Below are positions 60,101 to 64,000 of a DNA stretch of 64,000 bases, piece after piece (positions within the stretch are counted from its first letter, which is position 1; the number at the start of each line of letters is the position of its first letter). The notes beneath the pieces are model-generated. The model searched no databases and had not been told where the DNA came from. It worked only from the letters and a program-made list of their open reading frames with translations. Made by a program: the position numbers and the translations under genes. Origin of the DNA: the human T2T-CHM13v2.0 reference genome, Homo sapiens; assembly GCF_009914755.1 (NCBI RefSeq), contig NC_060931.1; one strand, written 5' to 3'.

Positions 60101-61100
60101 CTCTTAAATCATAGAAAGAGCAGAGGTTTGTCCTCACTGGAACAGATACTTACTCTGGATATGGGTTTGCCTATCCTGCATGCAATGCTTCTGCCAAGAT
60201 GACCATCCATGGACTCATGGCATGCCTTATCCACTGTCACGTTATTCCACACAGCATTGCCTCTGACCAAGAGACTCCCTTTACAGCTAAAGAAGTGTGG
60301 CAGTGGGCTCATGCTCATGGAATTCACTCTTCTTACCATGTTCCCCATTACCCTGAAGCACCGTTCTATCAATAGAACGGTGGAATGGCCTTTTGAAGTC
60401 ACAATGCCAACTAGGTGACAGTACTTTGCAGGGCTGGGGCAAAGTCCTCCAGAAAGCCATGGATGCTCTGAAGCAGCGTCCAATATATGGTACTGTTTCT
60501 CCCATAGCCAGGATTCACAGGTCCAGGAATCAAAGGGTGGAAATGGAAGTGGCACCACTCACCATCACCCCTAGCGATCTACTAGTAAAATTTTTGCTTC
60601 CTGTTCCTGCAACATTACGTTCTGCTGGCTTAGAGGTCTTAGTTCCAGAGGGAGGAACACTGCCACCAGGAGACACAATGATTCCATTAAACTGGAAGTT
60701 AAGATTGCTACCTGGACACTTTGGGCTCCTATTACCTTTAAGTCAACAGGCTAAGAAGGGAGTTACAGTGTTGGCTGGGGTGACTGACCTGGACTATCAA
60801 GACAAAATCAGTCTACTACTCCACAACAGAGGCAGGGAAGAGTACACATGGAATACAGGAGATCCATTAGGGTGTCTCTTAGTATTACCATGCCCTGTGA
60901 TTAAGATTAACAGGAAACTACAACAGCGCAATCCAGGCGGGACTACAAATGGCCTAGACACTTCAGGAATGAAGGTTTGGGTCACTCCACCAGGAAAAAA
61001 CCATGACCTCCTGAGGTGCCTGCTGAAGCCAAATGGAATACAGAACGGACAGTAGAAGAGGGTAGTCATCAGTACCAGCTACGACCACATGACCAGCTGC
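57130..61100 (+). pseudogene. HERV-L pro-pol remnant (PR, RT, RNase H, IN, dUTPase)
   Basis: GLLDTSSELT (~57190, DTG>DTS), [24 protein letters not shown] (~57885), YIND (~57983, YIDD decayed), YTDS split by MER9, H..H..CPIC zinc finger (~59896-60010), WQFDYIGPL, RSAGL and AGVTDLDY dUTPase motifs. Confidence 0.9.
59096..59608 (-). mobile_element. MER9 solo LTR (HERV-K HML-3) nested in HERV-L pol
   Basis: 513 bp; minus strand TGTTGGGAACAAGCCCCCCAAAATCTGGCCATAAAC...GGTCTCAGCA; perfect 6-bp TSD atatac at 59090-59095 and 59609-59614. Confidence 0.93.
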
Positions 61101-61426
61101 AGACACAAGGACTGTAATTGTCATGAGTATTTCTTCCTTCTTTTGTTAAAAACATGTTTGTGCATGTATACACTTGTACTAAGAAAATATCTCCATTTTA
61201 TTTCCTTTTTCTGTTACCATGTGACATAAGATTTATTGACTTCACATCAGCATTTAAATATTAACTTTATGTAATAGTATTTGGGTAGGAGATTGGTGCG
61301 TTTCCGTTTGTACAAAGGATGGTTTTATTATGTTAGATGTAATTATGACCTTATTATTGTCTTTATTTGAAGATGATGTGTGATCTCAGGAGATGTGTAT
61401 GGGTTCAAGCTGACAAGTAGTAGACT

Positions 61427-61897
61427 TATGATGGTTAGTGCTGAGGGTCAACTTGATTGAAGGATGCAAAATATTGATCCTGGGTGTGTCTGTGAGGGTG
61501 TTGCCAAAGGAGATTAACATTTGAGTCAGTGGGCTGGGAAAGGCAGACCCACACTTAATCTGGGTGGGCACCATCTGATCAGCTGCCAGGGTGGTTAGAA
61601 TATATAAAGCAGGCAGAAAAATGTGAAAAGACAAGACTAGCCTAGCCTCCCAGCCTAGATCTTTCTCCCGTGCTGGATGCTTCCTACCCTCAAACATCGG
61701 ATTCCAAGTTCTTGTTTTGGGGCTTGGACTGGCTCTCCTTCCTCCTCAGCTTACAGATGGCCTATTGTGAGACCTTGTGATTGTGTGAGTTAATATTTAA
61801 AGTCCCTTTAATAATAATAGGATATTTAATAATTTAATAATAATAGGATCTATCTATCCTATTAGTTCTGTCCCTCTAGAGAACCCTGACCAATACA
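61427..61897 (+). mobile_element. 3' LTR (MLT2A1/A2-type)
   Basis: Decayed PPT gacaagtagtagact, then tatgatggttagtg...tcctattagttctgtccctctagagaaccctgaccaataca. Confidence 0.92.
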
Positions 61898-62193
61898 AAA
61901 AGCTCTTCAAAACATCATGGGAGCTATAAAGCAGTGGTTTTCAAACTTGAATTATAACCAATTAGTGCACTTTGACATTATTTTAGTGTATTATAACCAA
62001 CATTTTTTTTAAAGGGACAGAATAAAAATAGCAGAGAGAACTGCATATAGAAAGGGTAAGTATAGTTTCATGACACTTACATATATGCTTAGGTGTTGTG
62101 AGTTTATGTACTGGACTATGATGTAGAATGTATTTCTGACAGAAACATTTATTTAACAGTAACAGGATCTACTTACAAACCAAGTGGACCAGG

Positions 62194-62566
62194 TGTTTTA
62201 GTCTGTTTGTACTGCTGTAACAAAATACCTGAGACTGCGTAATTTATAAACAATAAAAATTTATTTCTTACAGTTCTGGAGGCTGGGAAGTCCATGATCA
62301 AGGTGTCAGCAGATTTAGTGTCTTGTGAGGGTTCTCTGCTTCCGAGATGAGCACCCTGTTGCTTATATACTGGAAGGGATGAATGCTCTGTCCTCACATG
62401 GCTCACAGGCAGCTCTCTGAGGACTCTAACGGCAATACCATTCATGACAGCAAAGCCCTCACAGCTAAATCACTTCCCAAAAGGCCCCACCTCTTAATAT
62501 CACCACCTTGGGGTTTAAGTTCCAACATATGAATTTTGGAGGAATACCTTCATTCAAACCATAGCA
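62194..62566 (-). mobile_element. MaLR solo LTR (MST-type)
   Basis: tgttttagtctgtttgtactgctgtaacaaaatacc...cattcaaaccatagca; TSD ccagg/ccaag. Confidence 0.85.
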
Positions 62567-64000
62567 CCAAGGAAGGCTGAAAGCCTTTTTCAACTGGCAT
62601 GGAGTGGCAGCTGAGGTTAGGGTCAGGGGCCCTTGAACAAAAGCCTTCTTAAGTTTAGGAAACAATATACAGACTAATTGCTTACTACAGAGCAGTTTAA
62701 TACCCTAAGCATTCTTTTAGGAGTGAACTGGAGGCAATTATATTAGCAAAGAAGCTGTAGGGAGGGACAGGTCTATCCAGCTCAAAGGATATCCACAACA
62801 AAATTTTCCTTCTCAGAAAAGAAGGAAGGCTGCAGGACCTCTCTAGATCAAAAGGTTCCTTTTCAAATGAGTACATATATTGCCAGGCCTCAACGAGAAT
62901 GAATCTCCTTCGAGACAGGAACGGGACAATGCCTTCAATCAGCAACATTCTGTTTTTACAGTCTATTTCCCTCTTATTCTCTGAATCTGCCTCTTGCCCA
63001 GTTTTTCATGGTGTTTGAAAAGCTGGCTGCCATAGCTTGATAAGGCATATATCTAACCAGGATATTTTACTGCCTTTTCCATTTCTGCTTATCAAACGTA
63101 TTAATATATACTGGACACTACCTGGATCCGTTTTTTTTTTTTTACTAACAATTCATTCATACTTCATGGCATTTTGGCTATCATAGGTATCGCTGGCTTC
63201 CTGGTCAATTGTTCTTGGTCTAGGTGTAATAGTATTACACTTTAATTCTGACTGATTGTTCATCAACTGATTCATCTCCCCACCCCAAGTTAAGATTTGC
63301 TCATTGTTTTTGAATATATTTTGCTGGATTATATTGTTTCTATGAATATATTATGCTGGGTTTTGTTAAATGCTCTATTTCTTTACTGTTACTCTGAAAT
63401 CTTACTTTTTCAAGGTGCTCCATAATAACTTATTTTTTTAGAACTCCCAAACATGGATCAACAGTACAAATAAAGCTCTTCACTGTCCTCTATAGAAACC
63501 ATACAATTCTCACATCTGTGCCCTTGCTTTTCTCTGTGTGATATGCCTTTTATTGCTCTCCTCCTCTCCAAATTTTATCCATTCACATAAGGCTCAGCTT
63601 AAATCCCTCCATAAAGCTAACCTAACTACTCTCAGTCCCACTACTTTATCTAAATGTAAGTAGCACTGAATTTCCTCTCAACACTTAGAACTAAATTATA
63701 TAGATCTTCACATATTTCTTAAAATGATATCCTGTAGGATCCTTGAAGTAGGGGCCATTATTTATACAGCTTTTGCCTTATGCAGTCCTAGGCAGGCACT
63801 CAGTGGGATACAGTTGAAAGAGTGTTAGGAGATGAAGGTTTTTGTCCTTACTTGGTACTGAGGAGTCCGTAACAGGCTATTGGGGAAAACAAGCTCTCTG
63901 ATACCCCTCTTACTTTTCTCATAGCATAAACAGTAACTATGTAAATGGGAGGCTATCAAAACATCTTGGAGACCACTACCTTATAATTCATAGGTAGTAG

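Larger units (their letters stand above)
54738..61897 (+). mobile_element. HERV-L (ERV3) provirus, near full length, no env
   Basis: MLT2A-type LTRs at both ends, int start gattttggtaccagg (55263), and gag, protease, RT, RNase H, integrase and dUTPase remnants in the HERV-L order. Confidence 0.95.

Noticed and set aside
62697-62948. 83-aa minus-strand ORF near the window end
   Set aside because: No recognisable family; may lie in non-coding antisense RNA, which cannot be supported from sequence alone.
63000-64000. Promoter or first exon of the next gene (CBLL1 expected from locus knowledge)
   Set aside because: No CpG island or exon is visible inside the window.

Overview
Human (primate) genomic DNA containing the 3' two-thirds of SLC26A4 (pendrin, SLC26/SulP anion exchanger) on the + strand. 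Fifteen coding exons (numbered 7-21 from my knowledge of the gene) run from 3325 to the TGA stop at 35573. All have GT-AG boundaries and form one open frame, and the 3'UTR extends to about 37.9 kb. The introns and the 26 kb downstream are mostly transposable elements: about 22 Alus, MIR/L2/L1 fragments, a MER31-type ERV1 relic, a two-LTR MaLR (MLT1A-type) provirus, Tigger3b, and a near full-length HERV-L (MLT2A) provirus with a nested MER9 solo LTR. Most six-frame ORFs are repeat or low-complexity artefacts. I see no novel multi-gene system. The best leads are: (i) an unidentified 133-nt retroposed RNA with poly(A), a 17-bp target-site duplication (TSD) and H/ACA snoRNA-like architecture in intron 18; (ii) a frame-preserving cryptic 30-nt exon or alternative first exon in intron 10; (iii) an L1 3' transduction; (iv) local duplications and templated inverted insertions; (v) an Alu-tail-derived VNTR; (vi) a strong CTCF motif downstream of the gene. 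Repeat family names come from recalled consensus sequences, not from a search, and repeat boundaries are approximate unless a TSD is given.
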